Source of the DNA: Nemertoderma westbladi
Taxonomy: Eukaryota; Animalia; Xenacoelomorpha
Direction of reading: 5' to 3'
Length of the DNA: 42,612 nucleotides
Assembly (NCBI GenBank): GCA_032718475.1
Contig: JAUCBJ010006287.1
Span: 1-42,612, forward strand
Program-made: the position numbers and the translations under genes
Notes under the pieces: model-generated
Seen by the model: the letters and a program-made list of their open reading frames with translations, nothing else
What the model was told of the DNA's origin: nothing
Databases searched by the model: none
Shown here: in pieces, positions 24,464-35,981 of the stretch
Position numbering within the stretch: position 1 is the stretch's first letter
Layout of the letters: each line of letters begins with the position of its first letter

Positions 24464-25622
24464 CATCTTGTTGACAGTGCGGGTATTGTTGAATTGAACC
24501 ATTTATTTTCTCGTGTCATTACGACCTAACCTTTCCCTTTCGTCCTGGGAATGCGATCTTACTGGTATGTGTTCTGCGTCGTTAGGGCCCGTATCTGTCG
24601 ACGAAGGACCTAACGCCCAAAGGACCAAATGACGTCTTACACACCCTCCAGTTTTCCATACAGGTACAATAGGCGAATCAGGATATAAAAGTGGTAATAT
24701 ATTTTTAAAAAATCAGGCATTGGCCGGAATTCCCGGATTTTTTTTTACGGTTGAAGAGGATGAATCCGGCACATCCCTAGTATTAAGGAACATTTTTAAT
24801 TATACCTTGCTCATACTGAGCATTTACAAAAAAATATAGTATGTCATAATCGATTCCTGATAACATTGCCTTCTATTTTCAAATTCATAAGCAATTAGGA
24901 CATCAGATATACTGCAGTTACTGCAAAATAATATCTGATCACCTTTCAAACCGAACCCCATTCACTGTATTAAGTGTTTCCAAAACATAATTCCTCCTCC
25001 CTCTAACTACGATATTTTAATTAAATATAATAGGTCATAGATTACAGCTGTAAATATCCTGTATAAATTACAATGCACAGTTGAGCGACAATGTTTGTTT
25101 ACAGTCTGAGAGAGAGTGGCAGAGTAAACAGTCTTATCTAAACTTGGCAAGCAAAGCACTTCTTGGTAGTTTGGCCCTATGCATTGATTGAATAGCATTA
25201 CTACTGTATGTCCGCACTATTTAACGAATCATACATCTGGAGTGAAGATCTGCAGTCAACTGTACACTTTAACTAAGAATCATTCATCTGGTCCGCTGCA
25301 GTCATTGTAACCTCTCAACAGTATTAATGTTGGTGCAAAGATTTTTAAATACAACAATTATATTATTATTATAGCAGAGTACATTATTACAGTACACATA
25401 ATGCTCGATAATCAGAAGTACAGTATACTGTCTAACTATTGTTTGCCAAGTAAGTCATTAAAATCACTATCGGATTTTTAAATTCTGCAATTATTATTAG
25501 CTGAATTAAGCCTTATTTTTCAGGCCCAGAGTCTATGAACTAATGGTCCCTGGCATGATCGGCTATCATGCCAGGGACCTTTTGAAATTTTTATCGAAAT
25601 CGTTGGAGCGGTTTTGGCTGTA

Positions 25623-25684
25623 TCAGTCAGTCAGTCAGTCATCAGTCAGTCAGTCAGTCAGTCAGTCAGTCAGTCAGTCAGTCA

Positions 25685-25729
<45 letters not shown>
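25623..25729. repeat. (CAGT)n microsatellite, probably inside a Helitron-like non-autonomous element
   Basis: ~25 cagt units, preceded by gaaatcgttggagcggtttt, a context that resembles such elements. Confidence 0.85.
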
Positions 25730-26328
25730 ACAAGTTAACGATTACTTATAAAATGCTTTTAAATTTTAGGGTCCCCAAGAAAAATATTTTATTTGAAAAA
25801 TCCGTTTTTTTTCTCACAAATATTTTTAATAATGAGCAAAATATTCTAACTCTTGCAAATTAGTGAAAACAAAAGTTAGAAAAAACCGGAAAATCAGATA
25901 TTCTGCCATCTTTTGTTGAGTTTCCCACTCATTGGCATTTTAGCAAACTTGAGTAAAACTCAACCACTCGGACTGGATACCAGAGTCGGTCATGGCTAAA
26001 CTGAAAATGCTAAAAAAAATGTTGGGGAGGTGAGTCAAACCTGAATCCTTTCATGGGAAATCGACGCAATTAACACTTGAACTAATTAATAACTATAATG
26101 GAATGAGGTTTGGGGCTTCCATGATTTTTAAGTGCAATGAAGTTAAATTGTTACACCTTGGGACCTCAGGTTATCACGTATCACCTCAGGTGATATTTAT
26201 TATATTGCTGTGAAAACAAAACCAAATAAAACAATTTTATAATATAAATAAAGAACACAGAACACAATTCTGCATAGTTAAGTATGTGACCGGAGATACA
26301 AATAAATGTATATGGCAATATAGCAGCG

Positions 26329-27098
26329 TGGGGCGAGCCACTAAGTAAGATGATCATTAACGTAGGGGTACCATTAATCAACCTGTCGTTCTGCCCATCC
26401 GTTGTTCTCTCTATTTCGACTAATATTTGAACTTTAATAACTCGGCCAATCCTCGATGAAACCTATCCAAACTTGGTACATATGTAGTCTGGCAAAATTT
26501 TATAAATCTTCCAAGCAGAATTTACGTGTGGCCTTCGAGAAGATAAGATAAAGCAGTTTATTATGTTAATTGTGGTAAATAGCGACATTTTCAGCATTTC
26601 CTTGTAATGGAAATTAATTATTTTCTAGTGTAAGATCTTACATCTATAGGTGAGCTAGTTGAACCGGACTAGTAAGACGGTCTGCTTATTATCTCCCTAA
26701 TTGTTTGGCTTGGGTATTTAATGGGGAGTCTTTAGAATTTAGCTAAATTATTTAATTCAGTCATTGAGGGGTTGGCATGGTAAATTTTCAGTATTATTCT
26801 TACATTGGCATAAGGTTAGTTTTAATATATCTGGCGTATTGGGTCGCCTACAGCTACAATCTCTTACTTATAAAACAAAAAAATTATAAGACAATATACC
26901 TGTCGTCATCGACCTTTGGTTGGGTTTAGGAACAGATTAAATATGGGGGTTGAATTGGAGGAAATATCTTCCTTTCTTTGATTTATTGGCGGTTTTGTTA
27001 AATTTCTTAAATACAGATTTTGTGATGGAATCGCTCAATTTTAATTATTTATGTCTCATATCTGAGCTTCGTGCTGCGCGAAGGCCCCACGAACGTGT
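26329..27098 (+). mobile_element. Helentron-like element, copy 3
   Basis: The 5' ~300 bp aligns to 17253-17555 (ggtaccattaatcaacctgtcgttctg; ctatccaaacttggtaca; gtgtggccttcgagaag). Same 3' end, different middle. Confidence 0.75.
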
Positions 27099-27519
27099 AA
27101 GAATACTGTCACTACATGCACAGTGGCAGATATCAGAATTACTGTAATTACTCAATAAAGTAAATCAGTTCGGGTTGGGTATCGGGTAAAAAACAGCTGA
27201 AAGCTAGTGTAAACAGTGGTAGGCCATGGTGTAAGGCGAGTCTTACAGTTCTTATCGCCCATGTTTTTTTTTTTAAATTTATCTTTATTAAGTGTTTTAT
27301 AGCGCTTATTTCAGTCTTATAACCTCTATTGATACTTATTCGTTTATTGTTTTGTTAGAATCAGCCCTTCTGAAACCTGCGCCCATGTGAAGAATACCAG
27401 AATTTGTGAAGAATTATATGGCTAGGCTGGGTGAACTTTGTTCAGTTTTCGTTCAGTGTTTGTTTCACAGTAATATATTAAAATAATCACCTGAAGATCC
27501 CCAACATGTTGAGTACGTA

Positions 27520-27882
27520 TAACTCATTTTATCCGAGGTGAAGACCCTTACATAACATTAACTCATTTTATTATATTATCCGAGGTGAAGACCCTTACAT
27601 AACATTAACTCATTTTATCCGAGGTGAAGACCCTTACATAACATTAACTCATTTTATTATATTATCCGAGGTGAAGACCCTTACATAACATTAACTCATT
27701 TTATTATATTATCCGAGGTGAAGACCCTTACATAACATTAACTCATTTTATCCGAGGTGAAGACCCTTACATAACATTAACTCATTTTATTATATTATCC
27801 GAGGTGAAGACCCTTACATAACATTAACTCATTTTATTATATTATCCGAGGTGAAGACCCTTACATAACATTAACTCATTTT
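27520..27882 (+). repeat. 39/47-bp tandem repeat, 8 copies, centred on ccgag|gtgaag
   Basis: Unit taactcatttta(ttatatta)tccgaggtgaagacccttacataacat, in two length variants. Confidence 0.93.
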
Positions 27883-28156
27883 TGATTGTGTTATTGACAT
27901 CGGTTCCTTTCCATTAATTTATAATTAATATTCTTAATTGTTCTTCGCTGTGCCGGGATCTAGCCCCAAGCCCCCCCCCCACTACCAGTCTGAAAAATTA
28001 TTTCCTTTGGCTACCACCAGAACAATAATTATGACTAACAAGGGTTCCAAAATCTCAAATGTTCCATTTAGTACTTGAATTTATTATAGAATGACTTTCA
28101 TTGTTTCTCCTTAGTTGCTTAACTGCTAATCGCGAATCAGTAGCTAAACGTGTTAT

Positions 28157-28234
28157 ATGATGACGTCATACGGTGGGATGTGGAATATGGGGATGACGCT
28201 GGTCCAAAACGTTCTCGGGACCTCAAACAGACAG
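28157..28234 (+). CDS. PLA2G6: PLA2G6/iPLA2-beta-like gene, predicted coding exon 1 (MMTSYGGMWNMGMTLVQNVLGTSNRQ)
   Basis: Acceptor tttctccttag ends at 28114, ATG at 28157, donor cag|gtaaac. Phase 0 join in frame with the next exon; length matches the expected N-terminus. Confidence 0.65.
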
Positions 28235-28498
28235 GTAAACTGTTAGCTCGTGATGTCTTTTATTCATAAATTTTTTTATGCGACTATATATTTATGCATC
28301 TATTATAGGAAGGGATCTTGGGGTCTTAGCCTCGAATGATAAGTTTATTTTACCGAAAATAACTTATCTTTTATTGGCGCAATTGTAGGACTAATCCCAC
28401 CACCTAATCCCATCACATGCGTACTTTTTAACCGGGTAGTGTACAAATTTAGGAATCGCGTAATTTTTTCTTCAAATTAATATCTCATATCTCTCCAA

Positions 28499-28541
28499 AC
28501 CACGTACGCGTTTCGACCTTACTGGGTCTCATCAGCGTGGT
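28499..28541 (-). ncRNA. Minimal type I hammerhead ribozyme, copy 1
   Basis: Minus strand reads accacg CUGAUGA gacc cagtaa ggtc GAAA cgcg UA cgtggt: intact core, 6-bp stem I, 4-bp stem II and a short palindromic stem III (acgcgt). Confidence 0.92.
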
Positions 28542-28601
28542 GTCGGATTCGAACCTGGGACCTCGAGGTGGAAGCCGGGACTACAACCACTAGGCCACAG
28601 G
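28536..28601 (-). promoter_or_regulatory. tRNA-derived Pol III internal promoter cassette, copy 1
   Basis: Minus strand has A box tggcctagtgg and B box ggttcgaatcc at tRNA-like spacing, running straight into hammerhead stem I. Confidence 0.75.
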
Positions 28602-28923
28602 TTCTTGAGATATGGAGTATTAATTTCAAAGCCAGCTGCCATTTTATTAGCCCCTGATTTTTTTTTTTTTTTTTTTTTATTGATAGTAACAATGTGTTGG
28701 CAAGCTGTATTTTTCGAGGTGTTTGTTATTATACATCTATTATAGGAAGGGATCTTGGGGGTCTTAGCCTCGAATGATAAGTTTATTTTACCGAAAATAA
28801 CTTATCTTTTATTGGCGCAATTGTAGGACTAATCCCATCACATGCGTACTTTTTAACCGGGTAGTGTACAAATTTAGGAATCGCGTAATTTTTTCTTCAA
28901 ATTAATATCTCATATCTCTCCAA

Positions 28924-28966
28924 ACCACGTACGCGTTTCGACCTTACTGGGTCTCATCAGCGTGGT
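28924..28966 (-). ncRNA. Minimal type I hammerhead ribozyme, copy 2
   Basis: Identical to copy 1, offset by 425 bp. Confidence 0.92.
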
Positions 28967-29026
28967 GTCGGATTCGAACCTGGGACCTCGAGGTGGAAGC
29001 CGGGACTACAACCACTAGGCCACAGG
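28961..29026 (-). promoter_or_regulatory. tRNA-derived Pol III cassette, copy 2
   Basis: Identical to copy 1. Confidence 0.75.
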
Positions 29027-29542
29027 TTCTTGAGATATGGAGTATTAATTTCAAAGCCAGCTGCCATTTTATTAGCCCCTGATTTTTTTTTTTTTTTTTT
29101 TTATTGATAGTAACAATGTGTTGGCAAGCTGTATTTTTCGAGGTGTTTGTTATTATACATCTATTATAGGAAGGGATCTTGGGGGTCTTAGCCTCGAATG
29201 ATAAGTTTATTTTACCGAAAATAACTTATCTTTTATTGGCGCAATTGTAGGACTAATCCCATCACATGCGTACTTTTTAACCGGGTAGTGTACAAATTTA
29301 GTATATTAACAAACAAACAAAAGGTATAATAACAAACACCTCGAAAAATACAGCTTGCCAACACATTGTTACTATATATTTATGGGCAGTTCGTAGATAG
29401 TTCAATTTTGCTCCTCAATTCAGTTTTACTTAAAATAGATAAAATTTAACTACAACCACAATATATATTATTGTGTTACTGTTCGGTGTATTTATTAATA
29501 AATATTTTAGTATTTATTGTTTGCATTAATTATTTCTTTTAG

Positions 29543-29686
29543 GGTTTGTACGTAAAAGAGATCCAATGGGCGGACGTGAAGGGATGCGTTGTTATAGAGA
29601 AAGAAGGCAATCTATGTTTGTATCGGAATAAAGCTACCGGGTTGTTTACAGCAGTTCTCGGCCGTCCAGATGTTCCCAACTCCAAG
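29543..29686 (+). CDS. PLA2G6: PLA2G6-like coding exon 2 (GLYVKEIQWADVKGCVVIEKEGNLCLYRNKATGLFTAVLGRPDVPNSK)
   Basis: Acceptor tttcttttag, donor aag|gtgagt, 144 nt, phase 0/0. Resembles the recalled vertebrate segment FRVKEV..AD..REEGQLILFQN. Confidence 0.85.
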
Positions 29687-32600
29687 GTGAGTGCGTGGTG
29701 GTTGGAATAAAGTTACGGATTGTTTACAGCCGTTCTCGGCCGTACAGATGTTCCCAACTCCAAGGTGAGTGCGTGGTGGTTGGAATAAAAATACCGGATT
29801 GTTTACTGCAGTTCTCGGCCGTACAGATGTTCCCCCCTCCAAGGTGAGTGCGTGGTGGTTGGAATAAAGCTACGGATTGTTTACAGCAGTTCTCGGCCGT
29901 CCAGATGTTCCCAACTCCAAGGTGAGTGCGTGGTGGTTGGAATATAGCTACGGGTTGTTTACTGCAGTTCTCGGCCGTACAGATGTTCCCCCCTCCAAGG
30001 TGAGTGCGTGGTGGTTGGAATAAAGCTACCGGGTTGTTTACAGCAGTTCTCGGCCGTACAGATGTTCCCAACTCCAAGGTAAGTGCGTGGTGGTTGGAAT
30101 AAAAATACCGGATTGTTTACTGCAGTTCTCGGCCGTACAGATGTTCCCCCCTCCAAGGTGAGTGCGTGGTGGTTGGAATAAAGCTACGGATTGTTTACAG
30201 CAGTTCTCGGCCGTACAGATGTTCCCAACTCCAAGGTGAGTTGCTTGGTGGTTGGAATAAAGCTACCGGATTGTTTACAGCAGTTCTCGGCCGTACAGAT
30301 GTTCCCAACTCCAAGGTGAGTGCGTGGTGGTTGGAATAAAGCTACCGGATTGTTTACAGCAGTTCTCGGCCGTACAGATGTTCCCAACTTTTAAGGTGAG
30401 TGCGTGGTGGTTGGAGTAAAGCTACCGGATTGTTTACAGCAGTTCTCGGCCGTACAGATGTTCCCAACTCCAAGGTGAGTGCGTGGTGGTTGGAATAAAG
30501 CTACCGGATTGTTTACAGCAGTTCTCGGCCGTACAGATGTTCCCAACTCCAAGGTGAGTTGCTTGGTGGTTGGAATAAAGCTACCGGATTGTTTACAGCA
30601 GTTCTCGGCCGTACAGATGTTCCCAACTCCAAGGTGAGTGCGTGGTGGTTGGAATAAAGCTACCGGATTGTTTACAGCAGTTCTCGGCCGTACAGATGTT
30701 CCCAACTCCAAGGTGAGTGCGTGGTGGTTGGAATAAAGCGACCGGATTGTTTACAGCAGTTCTCGGCCGTACAGATGTTCCCAACTCCAAGGTGAGTGCG
30801 TGGTGGTTGGAATAAAGCTACCGGATTGTTTACAGCAGTTCTCGGCCGTACAGATGTTCCCAACTCCAAGGTGAGTGCGTGGTGGTTGGAATAAAGCGAC
30901 CGGATTGTTTACAGCAGTTCTCGGCCGTACAGATGTTCCCAACTCCAAGGTGAGTTCCATGGTGGTTGGAATAAAGCTACCGGAAGGTTTACAGCAGTTC
31001 TCGGCCGTACAGATGTTCCCAACTCCAAGGTGAGTGCGTGGTGGTTGGAATAAAGCTACGGGTTGTTTACAGCAGTTCTCGGCCGTACAGATGTTCCCAA
31101 CTCCAAGGTGAGTTCCATGGTGGTTGGAATAAAGCTACCGGATTGTTTACAGCAGTTCTCGGCCGTACAGATGTTCCCAACTCCAAGGTGAGTGCGTGGT
31201 GGTTGGAATAAAGCTACGGGTTGTTTACAGCAGTTCTCGGCCGTACAGATGTTCCCAACTCCAAGGTGAGTGCGTGGTGGTTGGAATAAAGCTACCGGAT
31301 TGTTTACAGCAGTTCTCGGCCGTACAGATGTTCCCAACTCCAAGGTGAGTTGCTTGGTGGTTGGAATAAAGCTACCGGATTGTTTACAGCAGTTCTCGGC
31401 CGTACAGATGTTCCCAACTCCAAGGTGAGTGCGTGGTGGTTGGAATAAAGCTACCGGATTGTTTACAGCAGTTCTTGGCCGTACAGATGTCCCCAACTCC
31501 AAGGTGAGTGCGTGGTGGTTGGAATAAAGCTACCGGATTGTTTACAGCAGTTCTCGGCCGTACAGATGTTCCCAACTCCAAGGTGAGTGCGTGGTGGTTG
31601 GAATAAAGCTACCGGATTGTTTACAGCAGTTCTTGGCCGTACAGATGTCCCCAACTCCAAGGTGAGTGCGTGGTGGTTGGAATAAAGCTACCGGATTGTT
31701 TACAGCAGTTCTTGGCCGTACAGATGTCCCCAACTCCAAGGTGAGTGCGTGGTGGTTGGAATAAAGCTACGGATTGTTTACAGCAGTTCTCGGCCGTACA
31801 GATGTTCCCCCCTCCAAGGTGAGTGCGTGGTGGTTGGAATAAAGCTACCGGATTGTTTACAGCAGTTCTTGGCCGTACAGATGTCCCCAACTCCAAGGTG
31901 AGTGCGTGGTGGTTGGAATAAAGCTACCGGATTGTTTACAGCAGTTCTCGGCCGTACAGATGTTCCCAACTCCAAGGTGAGTTCCATGGTGGTTGGAATA
32001 AAGCTACCGGATTGTTTACAGCAGTTCTCGGCCGTACAGATGTTCCCAACTCCAAGGTGAGTGCGTGGTGGTTGGAATAAAGCTACCGGATTGTTTACAG
32101 CAGTACTCGGCCGTACAGATGTCCCCAACTCCAAGGTGAGTTCCGAAGTGGTTGGAATAAAGCTACCGGATTGTTTACAGCAGTTCTCGGCCGTACAGAT
32201 GTTCCCAACTCCAAGGTGAGTGCGTGGTGGTTGGAATAAAAACACCGGATTGTTTACAGCAGTTCTCGGCCGTACAGATGTTCCCAACTCCTAGGTGAGT
32301 GCGTGGTGGTTGGAATAAAGCTACGGATTGTTTACAGCAGTTCTCGGCCGTACAGATGTTCCCAACTCCAAGGTGAGTGCCTGGTGGTTGGAATAAAGCG
32401 ACCGGATTGTTTACAGCAGTTCTCGGCCGTCCAGATGTTCCCAACTCCAAGGTGAGTGCGTGGTGGTTGGAATAAAGCTACCGGGTTGTTTACAGCAGTT
32501 CTTGGCCATACAGATGTTCCCAACTCCAAGGTGAGTGCGTGGTGGTTGGAATAAAGCTACCGGGTTGTTTACAGCAGTTCTCGGCCGTACAGATGTTCAC

Positions 32601-35600
32601 AACTCCAAGGTGAGTGCGTGGTGGTTGGAATAAAGCTACCAGATTGTTTACAGCAGTTCTCGGCCGTACAGATGTTCCCAACTCCAAGGTGAGTGCGTGG
32701 TGGTTGGAATAAAGCTACCGGATTGTTTACAGCAGTTCTCGGCCATACAGATGTTCCCAACTCCAAGGTGAGTGCGTGGTGGTTGGAATAAAGCTACCAG
32801 ATTGTTTACAGCAGTTCTCGGCCGTACAGATGTTCCCAACTCCAAGGTGAGTGCGTGGTGGTTGGAATAAAGCTACCGGATTGTTTACAGCAGTTCTCGG
32901 CCGTACAGATGTTCCCAACTCCAAGGTAAGTGCGTGGTGGTTGGAATAAAGCTACCGGGTTGTTTACAGCAGTTCTCGGCCGTACAGATGTTCCCAACTC
33001 CAAGGTGAGTTACATACGTGGTGGTTGGAATAAAGATACCGGATTGTTTACAGCAGTTCTCGGCCGTACAGATGTTCCCAACTCCAAGGTGAGTTACATA
33101 CGTGGTGGTTGGAATAAAGCTACCGGATTGTTTACAGCAGTTCTCGGCCGTACAGATGTTCCCAACTCCTAGGTGAGTTGCTTGGTGGTTGGAATAAAGC
33201 TACCGGGTTGTTTACAGCAGTTCTCGGCCGTACAGATGTCCCCAACTCCAAGGTGAGTGCGTGGTGGTTGGAATAAAGCTACCGGATTGTTTACAGCAGT
33301 TCTCGGCCGTCCAGATGTTCCCAACTCAAAGGTGAGTGCGTGGTGGTTGGAATAAAGCTACCGGGTTGTTTACAGCAGTTCTCGGCCGTACAGATGTCCC
33401 CAACTCCAAGGTGAGTGCGTGGTGGTTGGAATAAAGCTACCGGATTGTTTACAGCAGTTCTCGGCCGTCCAGATGTTCCCAACTCAAAGGTGAGTGCGTG
33501 GTGGTTGGAATAAAGCTACCGGGTTGTTTACAGCAGTTCTCGGCCGTACAGATGTTCCCAACTCCAAGGTGATTTGCGTGGTGGTTGGAATAAAGCTACC
33601 GGGTTGTTTACAGCAGTTCTTGGCCATACAGATGTTCCCAACTCCAAGGTGAGTGCGTGGTGGTTGGAATAAAGCTACCGGGTTGTTTACAGCAGTTCTC
33701 GGCCGTCCAGATGTTCCCAACTCCAAGGTGAGTGCCTGGTGTTTGGAATCAAGCTACCGGATTGTTTACAGCAGTTCTCGGCCGTACAGATGTTCCCAAC
33801 TCCAAGGTGAGTGCGTGGTGGTTGGAATAAAGCGACCGGATTGTTTACAGCAGTTCTCGGCCGTCCAGATGTTCCCAACTCCAAGGTGAGTGCGTGGTGG
33901 TTGGAATAAAGCTACCGGGTTGTTTACAGCAGTTCTCGGCCGTACAGATGTTCACAACTCCAAGGTGAGTGCGTGGTGGTTGGAATAAAGCTACCAGATT
34001 GTTTACAGCAGTTCTCGGCCGTACAGATGTTCCCAACTCCAAGGTGAGTGCGTGGTGGTTGGAATAAAGCTACCGGATTGTTTACAGCAGTTCTCGGCCA
34101 TACAGATGTTCCCAACTCCAAGGTGAGTGCGTGGTGGTTGGAATAAAGCTACCAGATTGTTTACAGCAGTTCTCGGCCGTACAGATGTTCCCAACTCCAA
34201 GGTGAGTGCGTGGTGGTTGGAATAAAGCTACCGGATTGTTTACAGCAGTTCTCGGCCGTACAGATGTTCCCAACTCCAAGGTGAGTTACATACGTGGTGG
34301 TTGGAATAAAGATACCGGATTGTTTACAGCAGTTCTCGGCCGTACAGATGTTCCCAACTCCAAGGTGAGTTACATACGTGGTGGTTGGAATAAAGCTACC
34401 GGATTGTTTACAGCAGTTCTCGGCCGTACAGAAGTTCCCAACTCCTAGGTGAGTTGCTTGGTGGTTGGAATAAAGCTACCGGGTTGTTTACAGCAGTTCT
34501 CGGCCGTACAGATGTCCCCAACTCCAAGGTGAGTGCGTGGTGGTTGGAATAAAGCTACCGGGTTGTTTACAGCAATTCTCGGCCGTACAGATGTTCCCAA
34601 CTCCAAGGTGAGTGCGTGGTGGTTGGAATAAAGCTACCGGATTGTTTACAGCAGTTCTCGGCCGTACAGATGTCCCCAACTCCAAGGTGAGTGCGTGGTG
34701 GTTGGAATAAAGCTACCGGATTGTTTACAGCAGTTCTCGGCCGTCCAGATGTTCCCAACTCAAAGGTGAGTGCGTGGTGGTTGGAATAAAGCTACCGGGT
34801 TGTTTACAGCAGTTCTCGGCCGTACAGATGTTCCCAACTCCAAGGTGATTTGCGTGGTGGTTGGAATAAAGCTACCGGGTTGTTTACAGCAGTTCTTGGC
34901 CATACAGATGTTCCCAACTCCAAGGTGAGTGCGTGGTGGTTGGAATAAAGCTACCGGGTTGTTTACAGCAGTTCTCGGCCGTACAGATGTTCCCAACTCC
35001 AAGGTGAGTGCGTGGTGGTTGGAATAAAGCTACGGATTGTTTACAGCAGTTCTCGGCCGTACAGATGTTCCCAACTCCAAGGTGAGTTACATACGTGGTG
35101 GTTGGAATAAAGATACCGGATTGTTTACAGCAGTTCTTGGCCATACAGATGTTCCCAACTCCAAGGTGAGTGCGTGGTGGTTGGAATAAAGCTACCGGGT
35201 TGTTTACAGCAGTTCTCGGCCGTACAGATGTTCCCAACTCCAAGGTGAGTTACATACGTGGTGGTTGGAATAAAGCTACCGGGTTGTTTACAGCAGTTCT
35301 TGGCCATACAGATGTTCCCAACTCCAAGGTGAGTGCGAGGTGGTTGGAATAAAGCTACCGGGTTGTTTACAGCAGTTCTTGGCCATACAGATGTTCCCAA
35401 CTCCAAGGTGAGTGCGTGGTGGTTGGAATAAAGATACCGGATTGTTTACAGCAGTTCTCGGCCGTACAGATGTTCACAACTCCAAGGTGAGTGCGTGGTG
35501 GTTGGATTAAAGCTACCGGATTGTTTACAGCAGTACTCGGCCGTACAGATGTTCCCAACTCCAAGGTGAGTTACATACGTGGTGGTTGGAATAAAGATAC

Positions 35601-35981
35601 CGGATTGTTTACAGCAGTTCTCGGCCGTACAGATGTTCCCAACTCCAAGGTGAGTTGCGTGGTGGTTGGAATAAAGCTACCGGGTTGTTTACAGCAGTTC
35701 TTGGCCATACAGATGTTCCCAACTCCAAGGTGAGTGCGTGGTGGTTGGAATAAAGCTACCGGGTTGTTTACAGCAGTTCTTGGCCATACAGATGTTCCCA
35801 ACTCCAAGGTGAGTGCGTGGTGGTTGGAATAAAGCTACCGGATTGTTTACAGCAGTTCTCGGCCGTCCAGATGTTCCCAACTCCAAGGTGAGTTGCTTGG
35901 TGGTTGGAATAAAGCTACGGATTGTTTACAGCAGTTCTCGGCCGTCCAGATGTTCCCAACTCCAAGGTGAGTTGCTTGGTG
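29625..35981 (+). repeat. 79-bp tandem array, ~80 copies, made of the last 62 nt of exon 2 plus 17 nt of donor/intron
   Basis: Unit ggaataaagctaccggattgtttacagcagttctcggccgtacagatgttcccaactccaag|gtgagtgcgtggtggtt, with 78-84 bp variants. It accounts for all ORF-track entries between 29.6 and 35.9 kb. Confidence 0.97.

Larger units (their letters stand above)
28297..29370 (-). mobile_element. Retrozyme-like insertion: ~2.3 tandem ~425-bp monomers plus a short inverted segment, flanked by a TSD
   Basis: Units start at 28297, 28734 and 29158 (third truncated at 29301). 29324-29375 is an inverted copy of monomer sequence. actatatatttatg is duplicated at 28283-28296 and 29371-29384. Confidence 0.85.

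Noticed and set aside
28536-28601. Functional tRNA gene
   Set aside because: It has A and B boxes but no convincing acceptor stem, and its 3' end is part of the hammerhead. Treated as tRNA-derived.
29612-35886. Dozens of 60-170 aa ORFs (MELGTSVRPRTAVNNP...)
   Set aside because: They are translations of the 79-bp array, frameshifted every unit and mostly with non-ATG starts.
24171-35981. CRISPR-like appearance of the regular arrays
   Set aside because: Units are head-to-tail with no unique spacers, there are no cas genes, and the context is eukaryotic.
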